Part shown: positions 30,634 through 41,410 of the stretch, in pieces
Layout of the letters: the number at the start of each line of letters is the position of its first letter
Numbering within the stretch: position 1 is the stretch's first letter
Assembly: GCA_965197925.1 (NCBI GenBank)
Contig: CBDAOC010000020.1
Location: 928,001-992,000, forward strand
Source: Nitrososphaerales archaeon
Lineage (GTDB): Archaea > Thermoproteota > Nitrososphaeria > Nitrososphaerales > UBA213
Reading direction: 5' to 3'
DNA: 64,000 bases
The notes under the pieces: generated by a model
The model's input: only the letters and a program-made list of their open reading frames with translations
The model's database searches: none
Told to the model about the DNA's origin: nothing
Position numbers and translations under genes: made by a program

Positions 30634-32569
30634 GAGCTTATCCGAAAATTAACATCATAGCCTAATTGTTTATACCGAAACAGATCTAGATCTGTTCTCT
30701 CTAGCTAAATTTGTGATAAAAGCTAAGAAAAAGAGCATGCCGACCATATGGCATATACCAGACGATCTATGGGAAGAGTTCGAACTAGTGCTGCCGCCAA
30801 GGAAACCAGCAAGAACAGTTGGAAGGCTAGCTGTGCCATTTAGAAAAGTGTTGAATGGAATACTGTACGTATTAAGAACTGGATGCCAGTGGAAGAAGGT
30901 ATCTAAAGAATTTGGTTCTGGTTCAACTTGCCATGCAAGATTTCAGGAATGGATTGGGATAGGAGTATTCAAGAAGGTATGGAAGAGGCTGCTGGAAATA
31001 TATGATGAATTGAAGGGTATAGGATGGGACTGGCAATCCATGGATAGCGTACCGAAGGCCCCATTAGGGGGAAAACGACCGGAGCAAACCCAACGGATAG
31101 AGGCAAGCTAGGTACCAAACGTCACATGCTGGTTGATAGAAGAGGTATTCCTCTCTCATCTGTAATTACTGGAGCAAACAAGCACGATATGAAATCAGCC
31201 TTTCCTACAATAGATAGCATTGTTGTTGATAGGCCCAAAGTTAAACAGAACATATGCATGAATAGGATACGATTTCCCTGAGATAGAGTATGGAGTATGA
31301 ATAATTTATCCCAAAACTCTCCAATACATCATGATTGATGCGATGTTAACCAACCCAAAATAATTCTCCGCTCTTCTTTCATACCTGATTGCCATTCTAT
31401 GGAATCCACACTTGAGCCACGCAAAGAATCTCTCAACAACGTAACGTGTCTTGCTGTAATCGTTTTGGTTTGTTGTCTTGTTGTTCTTTGTCTTGAAATT
31501 TCTGTGTGAAATACAATCTAGAATATTTCTGCTTTTCAAATATTCTCTAATTGCCTTAGAATCATAACCCTTGTCTGCATAAACTGATGTAATTTGTTTT
31601 ATTGAATCATCATCTAGATAGTCAGAAATGTTTTCCATCACATCAATTAATCTAGTAGAGTCATGTTCATTTGCAGAACCAATAATTATTGATACTGGCA
31701 GGGAATTACAATCAACTGAACATGTATCTTTGTGCCTGTAATCCTCTTGAATCCAGCATGTCCAATCACATTGCCTCTTTTTTGGCAGGAAAGTTGAGGA
31801 ATCAACTGATATCCTCTGCAGTTGTAGATTGGGATAGGAGTATTCAAGAAGGTATGGAAGAGATCTTTTTCCATACTTTCCTTTGCTGCCAGTTCTGTAA
31901 CCTGCGATGTGCAGTTGATTTTGAGCCATACTTTTCTGGCATCTCACGCCACCTGCATCCAGTAACTAGAACAAACAGATTCCATTTACGTGACATCATT
32001 AGCTTGGTGTTCTTGCATAGAAGAGGTATTCCTCTCTCATCTGTAATTACTGGAGCAAACAAGCACGATATGAAATCAGCCTTTCCTACAATAGATAGCA
32101 TTGTTGTTGATATGCCCAAAGTTAAACAGAACATATGCATGATAGGATACGATTTCCCTGAGATAGAGTATGGAGTATGAAATATGGAGTTAGGAAGGGG
32201 ATATGTGGATCACATTCGTCGTAAGGGTGAAGTGTTGAAAAAGAATTTGTACAAAGCAAAGAGATGGGTTGTAGAAAGAACCGCATCTTGGCATAACAGG
32301 TTCAGAAAGTTATTGGTAAGGTTCGAGAAGAAGAAGGAAAATTATCAGGCGCTGGTAGAACTTGCTAACTCCCTAATAATATACAGAGCGATATATTGGT
32401 AGTGTCATAAACACGTTAATGCAACTGTTTCTAGTATCTACTATCTACAATACTAATAAAATCAATAGTAAGAAAACTAAACCTGATATTATGAACTAAT
32501 ATTCTTGCATTCTAAATGTTATCATTTCTACCAATCATTAACTATCAGCTAGAATTTTAGGATAGGCTC
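30634..32569 (+). mobile_element. IS5-family element with internal ~165-bp duplication and a nested inverted IS fragment
   Basis: Terminal repeats GAGCTTATCCGAAAATT / AATTTTAGGATAGGCTC, TA flanks, orfA 30713..31111, orfB pieces ending 32402; 31136-31301 repeated at 32017-32181. Confidence 0.9.
31306..31980 (-). mobile_element. Nested fragment of an IS5 element related to copies A1-A3 and to 14123
   Basis: ORF 31306..31947 ends ADKGYD...RYVVERFFAWLK...MMYWRVLG; TGCRWREMPEKYGSKSTAHRRL in ORF 31844..32140. Confidence 0.85.
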
Positions 32570-33103
32570 TAAGTGATATGGAGGTATGCTTTTACTAATA
32601 GTCAATAAATGAGTTGAACAACTTGTTTAACAAATATACCTATTTCATCAGCTTGGTGTGTCGTTATACTAATAATTCTGATTACTCTTTCAGATCAATT
32701 ATTTTACTCCTAATGAAGAAATGCCCTCTACCAAGTCCTGTAAATCCCAACAACTGATCGTTTAGATCGGTTCCCATGTAATGATCTAAGAATGGTTAAC
32801 ATCCCTCTTCCTTCCTCTCTTTTAGTTTAAGCAAGGCAACTATAGGAATATTTTAATTGGATGTTTCTGAAATTCTATTAATTGCTGATAGCAGTTAAGG
32901 TACATAATTTGCTTTGTCAGAATGAACTAATATGAATAAGAATGAATACGTGGGGTATGAGGAAAGAAAGGGATGGACTATTGACAACAAAAGGGAGAAT
33001 ATACTGGTCTTGATCCAGTTGGATCAATTAGAGTATTTGTTTATCAATGGACTATTGTATGAACAACAGTAAAGTAATACATTATTAGAAACTATAAGAT
33101 TTT

Positions 33104-33862
33104 TTAAAGGAAAGATTTCAGTTTCGTGAGTGATTTCAATGGTTCCCAAACAGATTCTATTACATAAATCCCATTAAAGTTATTCTTCAAAGACTGTATC
33201 AGTTTCATCCAGTCTATGTTGCCTTGTCCAACATTTAGATGAAGGTCTTTGTCACCAGAATTATCAGTCACATGAATTATTAGGAATTTGGAGGCATATT
33301 TTTCGACAAACTCACCTAGCTTATTGGCTACGTTTGCATGTCCGGTATCAAATACAAGATTAATGTCAATATTATTGGCTTTGCTGAATTCTTCGAACTC
33401 CGATGGCGATGCCATGAAACCTTTATCCGGGGTCATGTTTTCAATGCCAATCTTCATTCCTCTCGAATTGCCATAATCTATAATATCTACTAATGACTGG
33501 CAATTTAGTTGCCATAAATCGGAATCTGAGCTAAATGTTTTATTTCCTGGGTGTTGTACATAAGCAAGTGCCTCTATATCGGCAGCAAAGTCGATCGAAG
33601 ACTTTATTTTAGTAATTGCAAGTTTCCTTGATTCATTGGATGGATCAGATATTTTTGAGGCCACATCAAAAGGTCCATGAACCGTGAACTTGATACCATT
33701 GTTCTCTTTTAGCAATGCTGTCGACTGCTCGTTCAGTTCAGTTGTTCTAAAATCAAAAACTTCAGCGACACTCAAATCATTGATATTTGCCTTTATATCA
33801 CTAAGAAATGATTCCATAGATTTATCAAAAAGTGCTGTATACATGCTTGATAGTCCAAGCAT
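33104..33862 (-). CDS. Sugar-phosphate isomerase/epimerase (xylose isomerase-like TIM barrel)
   Basis: HPG, GIENM, FDTGHA, IHVTDN..DLHL..GQGNIDW metal-binding motifs. Confidence 0.88.
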   Translation of the reverse strand: MLGLSSMYTALFDKSMESFLSDIKANINDLSVAEVFDFRTTELNEQSTALLKENNGIKFTVHGPFDVASKISDPSNESRKLAITKIKSSIDFAADIEALAYVQHPGNKTFSSDSDLWQLNCQSLVDIIDYGNSRGMKIGIENMTPDKGFMASPSEFEEFSKANNIDINLVFDTGHANVANKLGEFVEKYASKFLIIHVTDNSGDKDLHLNVGQGNIDWMKLIQSLKNNFNGIYVIESVWEPLKSLTKLKSFL

Positions 33863-34312
33863 ACATAGCCCACCAATCTTACAATTATAAACTTTAATAT
33901 TCTTAATTAAATTGCAATTATTTGAACTCTTAATTCTTTAGTAGCTGTAGAAGTTCCTATTATAAGAAAGGAGTTTCTTTTGAATTATATTCAATACAAA
34001 TCCAATTAACTTACATTCTGCCTGCACGGTTTTGTTTACTGTTATTTAGCTCATATTGTTTTGAGACAGGAACATCATTATCCTTGTCTTCTCAAATATT
34101 CTTATCCACTAACCTCTTCTTCTATACAACATATGTTCTAATAGATCTACATGGCATTTTTCCAAACTTTAGCATGATGAAACATATAGTTCTGTGGGTT
34201 CACCTTGACCATGCAAGAAGTTCATCCATCTTACATATGTTAACTATTTGTAATAAAATATCTAATTCATGAATTACGCCATGATTACCAAATGATTCCT
34301 TTTATTACTGGT

Positions 34313-35278
34313 TTAGTTACAAGTTATACCCTGATTGACAAGTATTGAATAGCAACCAAGCCCACAATCTTCACAAATTGGCTTCAGTGCTTCGCTATCT
34401 GCACTTCCTATACAACAGGGCCTTTTTATTCTGCCCATGTGATCTAGCGAGAGTATAGCCCATGTAGGACATTGAACGGGTGTTGTACCAACCCCTCCCC
34501 AGTTACCTTTCATCAATGATAGTTGTCTATCATCATTAATGACAAAATCTGGGTATTTTCTATGCAATTTAATAATTTTATCAACCACTTCACTGCGTTT
34601 TTCTCCATATGCCAACCATAGAGGATCACTCTTGATAAATGGAGTATGAAATTGGAATGCTATCTTGTTGACTTTTCCTCTCCATTCTTCAATCAAATCC
34701 TCTACTGTAGTATAATTCAGTGCATTGATTGTGGTAGAAATCCAAATGTCTTTCCAAGCAGGCTTCCCATGACGTTCAGGTCCTTCTATATAATCAAGTA
34801 TATTCTTCCTTGTTTTTGCATAGGAGCCCGCTTCTCGAATGCTGTCATGTATTTGTTCTGTGTCATCTAAAGATACCTAGTAAAAATACAGATTTTTAAA
34901 TCTCTTTAATGGGAAAGTTCCGTTTGTAACTACACAAACTCGTTTAGGCATTTCCTCACAAAAAACTTCAATTACATCAGGCCGCATTGTTGGTTCTCCA
35001 CCTACAAGAGTAACAAAGAAAATTTTCTGTTTTTTGAAGGTCTTTCTAATGACTTCCCTCCACTGATCTGCAGATAATTCTTCTTCATCCTTTCTGTTCA
35101 ACCACCAGTAACAATGGGTACAGTGTAAATTACAGACATTAATAATGTCAACAGAACCAAATATTGGTGGCTTCGCATTAAAAAGCTTGATGCTTGCGTA
35201 CTTTGTGAATAGGTTAACATAATTTGGCATTTCACGAATGAGATCGGTTATTCCACGACCATATATTAAATCGGTCAT
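34313..35278 (-). pseudogene. Radical SAM protein interrupted by one in-frame TAG (34877-34879)
   Basis: CNLHCTHC, GGEP, VTNG; frame stays open after the TAG (VSLDD..HDSIR) into the Cys-rich C-terminal ORF 34313..34696. Confidence 0.85.
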
Positions 35279-35677
35279 AATTTAATACTACAGATTGGAT
35301 AAATAAATGTAAATTCTTTTTACTTTTTTTAAAGGATATAATATTATTAATTGATCAATCGGGTCTTGGTGTGAATATTTTCTTTCAAACCTATTTGATG
35401 GATAACAATACAGACATTCTTCATTTGGAAGAATTTTTCAAAAAAAGGCGAGTAGGACAATATACCGGTAAATATTTTCTATATTTCATTTTCTATATTT
35501 CATTCTTTTGTATGGGTTAATTTTTATATTTTTCATCCAGTGAAGGATCCGATTAGTTAGTCCCTAATCTTAGATTCATTCCTGAAAGAAGTTCACCTAG
35601 AATTGCTTCAATGATATCTTATACGACTTGCAAATGTTGCAAAAACATATATGCCACCAATTGGCCGATGACTGAAA

Positions 35678-37726
35678 ATGGCTATACTGGATACGGGGTT
35701 TACTATTACATTTATTGCAGCTATAACATCTCTTGTGCTCGCTGGTGTAATGGCAGTATGGATTGGGAAACAAAATAGTGGCACCCAAAAGATGTTGGAA
35801 CTCAGCAGAGCAGTCAGGGAAGGTGCGGCCGCATTTTTAAGACGTGAATTTAAAATTATAATACCTATAGCAGTAGTTTTGGCAATTTTAATTTCTATTC
35901 CTTCTGGCATCTCAAACGGAGTTGCATTTGCGGTTGGAGCAGCGTTATCAGGAATTGCTGGTTTGATAGCAATGAAGATAACAGTAAAGGCTGCTGTACG
36001 AACTGCACAAGCTACAACGAAGAATCTTGGGCAAACTCTAGTTACCGCCTTTAGGGGAGGTGCGGCGGTAGGTCTTTCTATACCAGCCATGGCATTGATA
36101 GGAGTTGCTGGACTGTATTTGATCTACCCTGAGCCAATAACCATTGCTGGTGTAGGTATAGGGGCTAGTTTGATTGCTTTGTTCATTAGAGCAGGAGGAG
36201 GAATCTTCACAAAGGGCGCTGATTCAGCTGCGGACCTTGTCGGAAAGGTGGAAGCTCATATACCAGAGGATGATCCTAGAAACCCTGCTACCATAGCAGA
36301 TAATGTTGGTGATAATGTAGGTGATGCTGCTGGAATGGGTTCCGATATCTACGAATCATACATCGTAACCCTTCTTGCAGGGATGCTTTTGGGGTTTTTG
36401 ATTGTTTCAGAGGTGATAGACAAAACCGAGTTTGTACTTTTTCCAATTGTAGTTGGTGCCGCAGGAATGATTGGCTCGATAATTGGTGTCCTAACTGTTA
36501 CTCCAAGGAAAGTGAGCGATGCAATGAAGCCGCTTAATGTAGCCTTTATAGTTGCTGCAGTGGTTGCAATAGTTCTCAACTTTATCTTTGCAAGATTGAT
36601 TTTGGGAGATACTCCATTAACCTATGGTCTCTTTGCAGCCACCGTGTTGGGTGTTATACTTGTTCCAGTAATTCAACGTATAACTGACTACTATACAAGC
36701 TTCAAGTACCCACCAGTCAAAGAGATTGGTGAGGCAACAAAGTGGGGATATTCGGCAAATATACTTGCTGGAATAGTCACTGGCATGAGGTCAAATACGG
36801 CATTCATGCTCGCCATTGTGGTAACACTTGCAATTTCATATGCGATTACATTCACAATATCAGGTGATCCTTTGGTTGGTATCTATGGTACGGCTATAGC
36901 AGCGATGGGAATGCTCAGTTTAGCTGGCATTGTGCTAAGTATTGACGCATTTGGACCGATAAGCGATAACGCAGGAGGAATAGTTGAGATGACAAGTATG
37001 GGTGAGGAAAATAGAAAGATCACTGACGAGATAGATGCAGTTGGTAATACTACCAAAGCAGTTACCAAGGGCTTTGCGATAGCAAGCGCTGGATTGGCAG
37101 CACTGGCTATGATACAGGCATTCCAACACGAAGCAGCCCAGATCTTTGTTCACAAGACACTTGGATTCAGCTTGTCAGATCCAAACGTTATAATCGGTCT
37201 GCTCGTTGGCGGTTTATTACCATTCTTGATAGCAAGCCAGCTGATCTCTAGCGTTAGTAAGGTTGCAAATAAACTAGTTGACGAAATAAGGAGACAGTTC
37301 AAGGAAATTCCAGGCATACTTGAGGGAACAGGGAAGCCTGATTATGCTACTTGCGTCGATATAGCAACCGGTGCGAGTATAAAACAGCTCTTCAAACCCG
37401 CAATAATAACGGTAACAACGCCGATTATTATGGGTGTGGTTTTGGGACCCACTGCAGTCGCTGGACTATTGATGGGCGCTGTAATTACTGGTATATTCCT
37501 TGCGTATCACATGGCTAATAGTGGTGGTGCAATGGATAATGCCAAAAAGTACATTGAGATAAAGGGAAGAAAGGCAAGTGAGGAACATGACATAGCAGTA
37601 GTTGGAGACTTGGTAGGAGATCCTTACAAAGATACTGCTGGTCCGGCACTAAATACAGTAATAAAGTTACTGAACACTGTGGCAATAGTATTTGTTCCGA
37701 TCTTCTTCGGATTTGCTGGAATTTAA
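35678..37726 (+). CDS. hppA: Membrane-bound H+-translocating pyrophosphatase, K+-independent type
   Basis: GGGIFTKGAD..ADLVGKVE..IPEDDPRN, DNVGDNVGD, GNTTKA (Lys at the K+-dependence position), GDPYKDTAGP. Confidence 0.95.
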   Translation: MAILDTGFTITFIAAITSLVLAGVMAVWIGKQNSGTQKMLELSRAVREGAAAFLRREFKIIIPIAVVLAILISIPSGISNGVAFAVGAALSGIAGLIAMKITVKAAVRTAQATTKNLGQTLVTAFRGGAAVGLSIPAMALIGVAGLYLIYPEPITIAGVGIGASLIALFIRAGGGIFTKGADSAADLVGKVEAHIPEDDPRNPATIADNVGDNVGDAAGMGSDIYESYIVTLLAGMLLGFLIVSEVIDKTEFVLFPIVVGAAGMIGSIIGVLTVTPRKVSDAMKPLNVAFIVAAVVAIVLNFIFARLILGDTPLTYGLFAATVLGVILVPVIQRITDYYTSFKYPPVKEIGEATKWGYSANILAGIVTGMRSNTAFMLAIVVTLAISYAITFTISGDPLVGIYGTAIAAMGMLSLAGIVLSIDAFGPISDNAGGIVEMTSMGEENRKITDEIDAVGNTTKAVTKGFAIASAGLAALAMIQAFQHEAAQIFVHKTLGFSLSDPNVIIGLLVGGLLPFLIASQLISSVSKVANKLVDEIRRQFKEIPGILEGTGKPDYATCVDIATGASIKQLFKPAIITVTTPIIMGVVLGPTAVAGLLMGAVITGIFLAYHMANSGGAMDNAKKYIEIKGRKASEEHDIAVVGDLVGDPYKDTAGPALNTVIKLLNTVAIVFVPIFFGFAGI

Positions 37727-38076
37727 TTTCTTACCATATTTTATTGTCCTGGTCTAATATCTATGATGTCAAAAGGGAAGGTTCGTGTGATGAAATATAA
37801 TTAATTGCTAACCGGTTAGAATAAACTTAGGTCATTTTTTTTCAAACCTTGGTATAAATGCTAGGTATTATTCAACCCGCAAAGTTGTTCTATCCAGGAA
37901 TACCAAATACGTTATCTGGTATTACATGGAAAACAATTTTAGGGATTCGCAAGATCTGCTCATCTGGGAAACATCTCATAGAATATATTGATCCGATTGA
38001 GATTACTCGAGAAATATTCAATTTTACAAGCCAGCAATGGCCAAAATGTTTAATTACTCTTAACACCCTACACTTG

Positions 38077-40305
38077 ATGACCATGACGAAGTCCACGGGA
38101 AGAAGTAATAGTTTTAAGATTACAGTTGCGGCAGGAGTTGCCGTCGTAATAGTACTTGGGGTATTATTCTTTGCTTATTATGATTCGTTGGAACCTGAAT
38201 ACGTACCACCACCAACACCACCGACACAAACCGGAGAACTACCCTCGGGAAGCGAAGATATAGGAGGACCAACAACAACTGGTAGAGATTTGAGCCCTGA
38301 AGAACAGGCTAAGATAGATGCAGTAATGAAAATAACAAAGACAGAATTTGCTACATTTAGGTTTCTGTCTGGAGGACCAGCAGATCCAGTTTGGAATAGT
38401 ATTTCCGAACAGATGAGACTAATGATGAAAGGTAAGGTCGAAGGAGTACAAGGTGTACCAGGAGCAGGCGTTGATTCAATGCCAGGTACTGGAGTTATTA
38501 ATATACAAAAGATAACTGAGGAAGTGAGAGAGGCAGAATGTGGGTTTACATACTCTTTCTTGGCAAAGGCTGCAATGATGGGAGAAGATCCGTTCAAGAA
38601 GAGACATACATCCATACAAGGTGTGGCTAATTTGTATGAACAAGGATTACACTTCATAGTTAGGGCGGATTCGCCACTGGAAACAGTAGGCGATATTAAG
38701 GGCAAGGATATCAAACTAGCAACCTCACTATCAGGAGAGATTGATAATATGGTGACAAAATGGGTACTAGGAGAATATGGTATATCATTTAGTGACATGG
38801 AATCTGCTAGTGTTAGCGTCGAACAATTTTACTTTGACTTAGGCCTCATGAATCTTCAAGATGGGACCATTGATGCAGCATCTTACTTTATACCAGTAGG
38901 AAGTAAAGAACTAACTGCATTCTTAAAAGAAAATACAGGCTATAAGATACTACGTGTAGAAGGAGATGTCCTGCAGAGCTTAGAGGAAAAGAAGCATCTA
39001 TCAGCGATTGTTATACCAGCTGGTACGTACAAAGGTATGAATGATAATATACGTACTATAGGTTCTAATTCAATATTTGTATGCACAACGGCCTTGTCTA
39101 ATGATGCAGTAGGAAAGGTATCATCATTGCTTATTGATAATTTGGATCATCTTGCAAAGGATAGACCAGAGGTAGCTATGCTAAAGCCCCAGAAGGCGTG
39201 GATGGGTGTTGGAATTGAAATGCATCCTGGCGCGGAGATATACTACATGGATGATTGTATGACTGCGGAAGGAGATCCTTGTATGGTAAAGGATGTTGAA
39301 ACAGTAGCTCCAGGACAAGATGACAGGGATTTGAGCCCTGAAGAACAGGCTAAGATAGATGCAGTAATGAAAATAACAAAGACAGAATTTGCTACATTTA
39401 GGTTTCTGTCTGGAGGACCAGCAGATCCAGTTTGGAATAGTATTTCCGAACAGATGAGACTAATGATGAAAGGTAAGGTCGAAGGAGTACAAGGTGTACC
39501 AGGAGCAGGCGTTGATTCAATGCCAGGTACTGGAGTTATTAATATACAAAAGATAACTGAGGAAGTGAGAGAGGCAGAATGTGGGTTTACCTTTACTTTC
39601 TTGGCAAAGGCGGCAATGAAGGGAAGTGACCCATTTAAGGAAAAGAGGACAACCATAGAAGGAGTGGCTAATTTGTATGAACAAGGATTACACTTCATAG
39701 TTAGGGCGGATTCGCCACTGGAAACAGTAGGCGATATTAAGGGCAAGGATATCAAACTAGCAACCTCACTATCAGGAGAAATTGATAACATGTTGACACA
39801 GTGGGTACTAGGAGAATATGGTATATCGTATAGTGACATTGAATCTGCTGGTGGTAGCGTAGAACACTCATATCTAGACTTAGGCCTCATGAATCTTCAA
39901 GATGGGACCATTGATGCAGCATCTTACTTTGTCTCCGTAGGCAATAAAGAACTAAAGGCATTCCTAGAGGATAACATGGACTTTAAGCTGTTATCGGTGG
40001 ATGAAAATGTGATAAAGGGCTTGGGGTCAAAGGATCTTATGGATGTAAATATAACATCCGGTACATACGCTGGCATTGATGAAGATGTAACCACGGTAGG
40101 GTCAAATACGATATTCATATGCACAACGGATTTATCTATTGGTGCAGTACAAAAGGTATCATCGCTGCTGTTAGATAACTTGGATCACCTAGCCAAGGAT
40201 AGACCAGAGGTGGCTGCTCTAACTTTAGAGGAAGCAGTGATGGGTATAGGAATATCATTGCATCCTGGTGCCGAAGTTTATTACCAGAGTGTAGACATAC
40301 TTTAG
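38077..40305 (+). CDS. TAXI-family TRAP solute-binding protein with two tandem binding domains, N-terminally anchored
   Basis: LYEQGLHFIVRADS, GTIDAA, GTY.G, (M/L)HPGAE.YY motifs each twice at 347-aa spacing. Start placed at ATG 38077. Confidence 0.85.
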   Translation: MTMTKSTGRSNSFKITVAAGVAVVIVLGVLFFAYYDSLEPEYVPPPTPPTQTGELPSGSEDIGGPTTTGRDLSPEEQAKIDAVMKITKTEFATFRFLSGGPADPVWNSISEQMRLMMKGKVEGVQGVPGAGVDSMPGTGVINIQKITEEVREAECGFTYSFLAKAAMMGEDPFKKRHTSIQGVANLYEQGLHFIVRADSPLETVGDIKGKDIKLATSLSGEIDNMVTKWVLGEYGISFSDMESASVSVEQFYFDLGLMNLQDGTIDAASYFIPVGSKELTAFLKENTGYKILRVEGDVLQSLEEKKHLSAIVIPAGTYKGMNDNIRTIGSNSIFVCTTALSNDAVGKVSSLLIDNLDHLAKDRPEVAMLKPQKAWMGVGIEMHPGAEIYYMDDCMTAEGDPCMVKDVETVAPGQDDRDLSPEEQAKIDAVMKITKTEFATFRFLSGGPADPVWNSISEQMRLMMKGKVEGVQGVPGAGVDSMPGTGVINIQKITEEVREAECGFTFTFLAKAAMKGSDPFKEKRTTIEGVANLYEQGLHFIVRADSPLETVGDIKGKDIKLATSLSGEIDNMLTQWVLGEYGISYSDIESAGGSVEHSYLDLGLMNLQDGTIDAASYFVSVGNKELKAFLEDNMDFKLLSVDENVIKGLGSKDLMDVNITSGTYAGIDEDVTTVGSNTIFICTTDLSIGAVQKVSSLLLDNLDHLAKDRPEVAALTLEEAVMGIGISLHPGAEVYYQSVDIL

Positions 40306-40815
40306 ATAACAATGAACTACCGACCTGATAGCATAGATAAAGGCGGCAGGGACTGGTAAAAATAGATAGTTTTAGGCTTTTAGGCTTTTGTTATTATAAT
40401 ATTTCGTAGTTTAGCAATAATTAATTTACTATCCAATACAATTTTTGGAGTAGGGATAGAAATCTCCCTGAATAAGAACAAATTAAAAATAAAAAAGGAT
40501 GACAATTGATACCTATCTACAGAGAACAATTTTACAGAGAATAATATTGAGATACAGGAAAATGGAATACAATTATGATAGAGGATAGTAATGAGTTATC
40601 AAACATCATTATTAGATCTTGTATCTAGTAAATGATTTCTAATAATATTGACTGCAGCTAAAAGTTATTGGGATGATAAGGAGGCAATCTATGCCAAAAT
40701 ATGGTACAAATTTAGGTATCAAGAAATTGATAAATGGTAATAAACCATAATCGATGCTAGTGTAATTATACTGAGTAGATTTTAATACTTGATCTGCTTA
40801 ATTTATTTGGGTATC

Positions 40816-41376
40816 ATGAACAAGAAGATACTTCTTGTATCTTTGATTAGCACAATAATAATAGGCCTTGTAATAGTATTAGTTCAGGTTCAGATCAGCA
40901 CCTTACATGGAGAATTAAATTCTACAGAATCGGAAAAGGGTCACAACATAATGGAAGAGATTATCCCGGAGCAGGTCTCCTACAGGTTCGAACCACAGTC
41001 CAAGACTATGAAAGAATGTGACTTCAGCAAATCTTTCTGTTCCAGCGTGAGATCCATAAAGTTTGATCCATCAGGCTCGCAAGTGGTGGAATTGCTAATG
41101 GATCTCCTTTTCATATTTGGAAGGTCTGTATCATTTGGAGAAGGTGAATTCTTTTCTCCTGCTGGTACTGCTGTAGACAGCAACGACAGAATAATAGTAG
41201 CCGATACAGGTAATAACCGCATTCAGGTATTCGACAGCACTGGCACCTTCCAATTCGCCTTTGGTACCTTTAATGGGGGTGGTCAGCTTGCTTATCCAGA
41301 GGATGTTGCAGTAGATAAGAATGACAGAATAATTGTGGCTGACACATTTAATAATCATATACAGATATTCGGATAA
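40816..41376 (+). CDS. Membrane-anchored NHL-repeat protein, probably truncated (two repeats)
   Basis: P.G.AVDSNDRIIVADTGNNRIQVF-type repeat twice. Confidence 0.7.
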   Translation: MNKKILLVSLISTIIIGLVIVLVQVQISTLHGELNSTESEKGHNIMEEIIPEQVSYRFEPQSKTMKECDFSKSFCSSVRSIKFDPSGSQVVELLMDLLFIFGRSVSFGEGEFFSPAGTAVDSNDRIIVADTGNNRIQVFDSTGTFQFAFGTFNGGGQLAYPEDVAVDKNDRIIVADTFNNHIQIFG

Positions 41377-41410
41377 TCAATGGTCTTTAGATTTTATATA
41401 TACAAGCTCT

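Noticed and set aside
11448..34879. Genome-wide TAG recoding or pyrrolysine use
   Set aside because: Conserved genes such as amoX end in TAG at the expected length, two of the affected genes have other lesions, and no pyl genes are visible.
38178..39890. Duplicated 206-aa and 215-aa minus-strand ORFs
   Set aside because: Antisense shadows of the duplicated TAXI domains.
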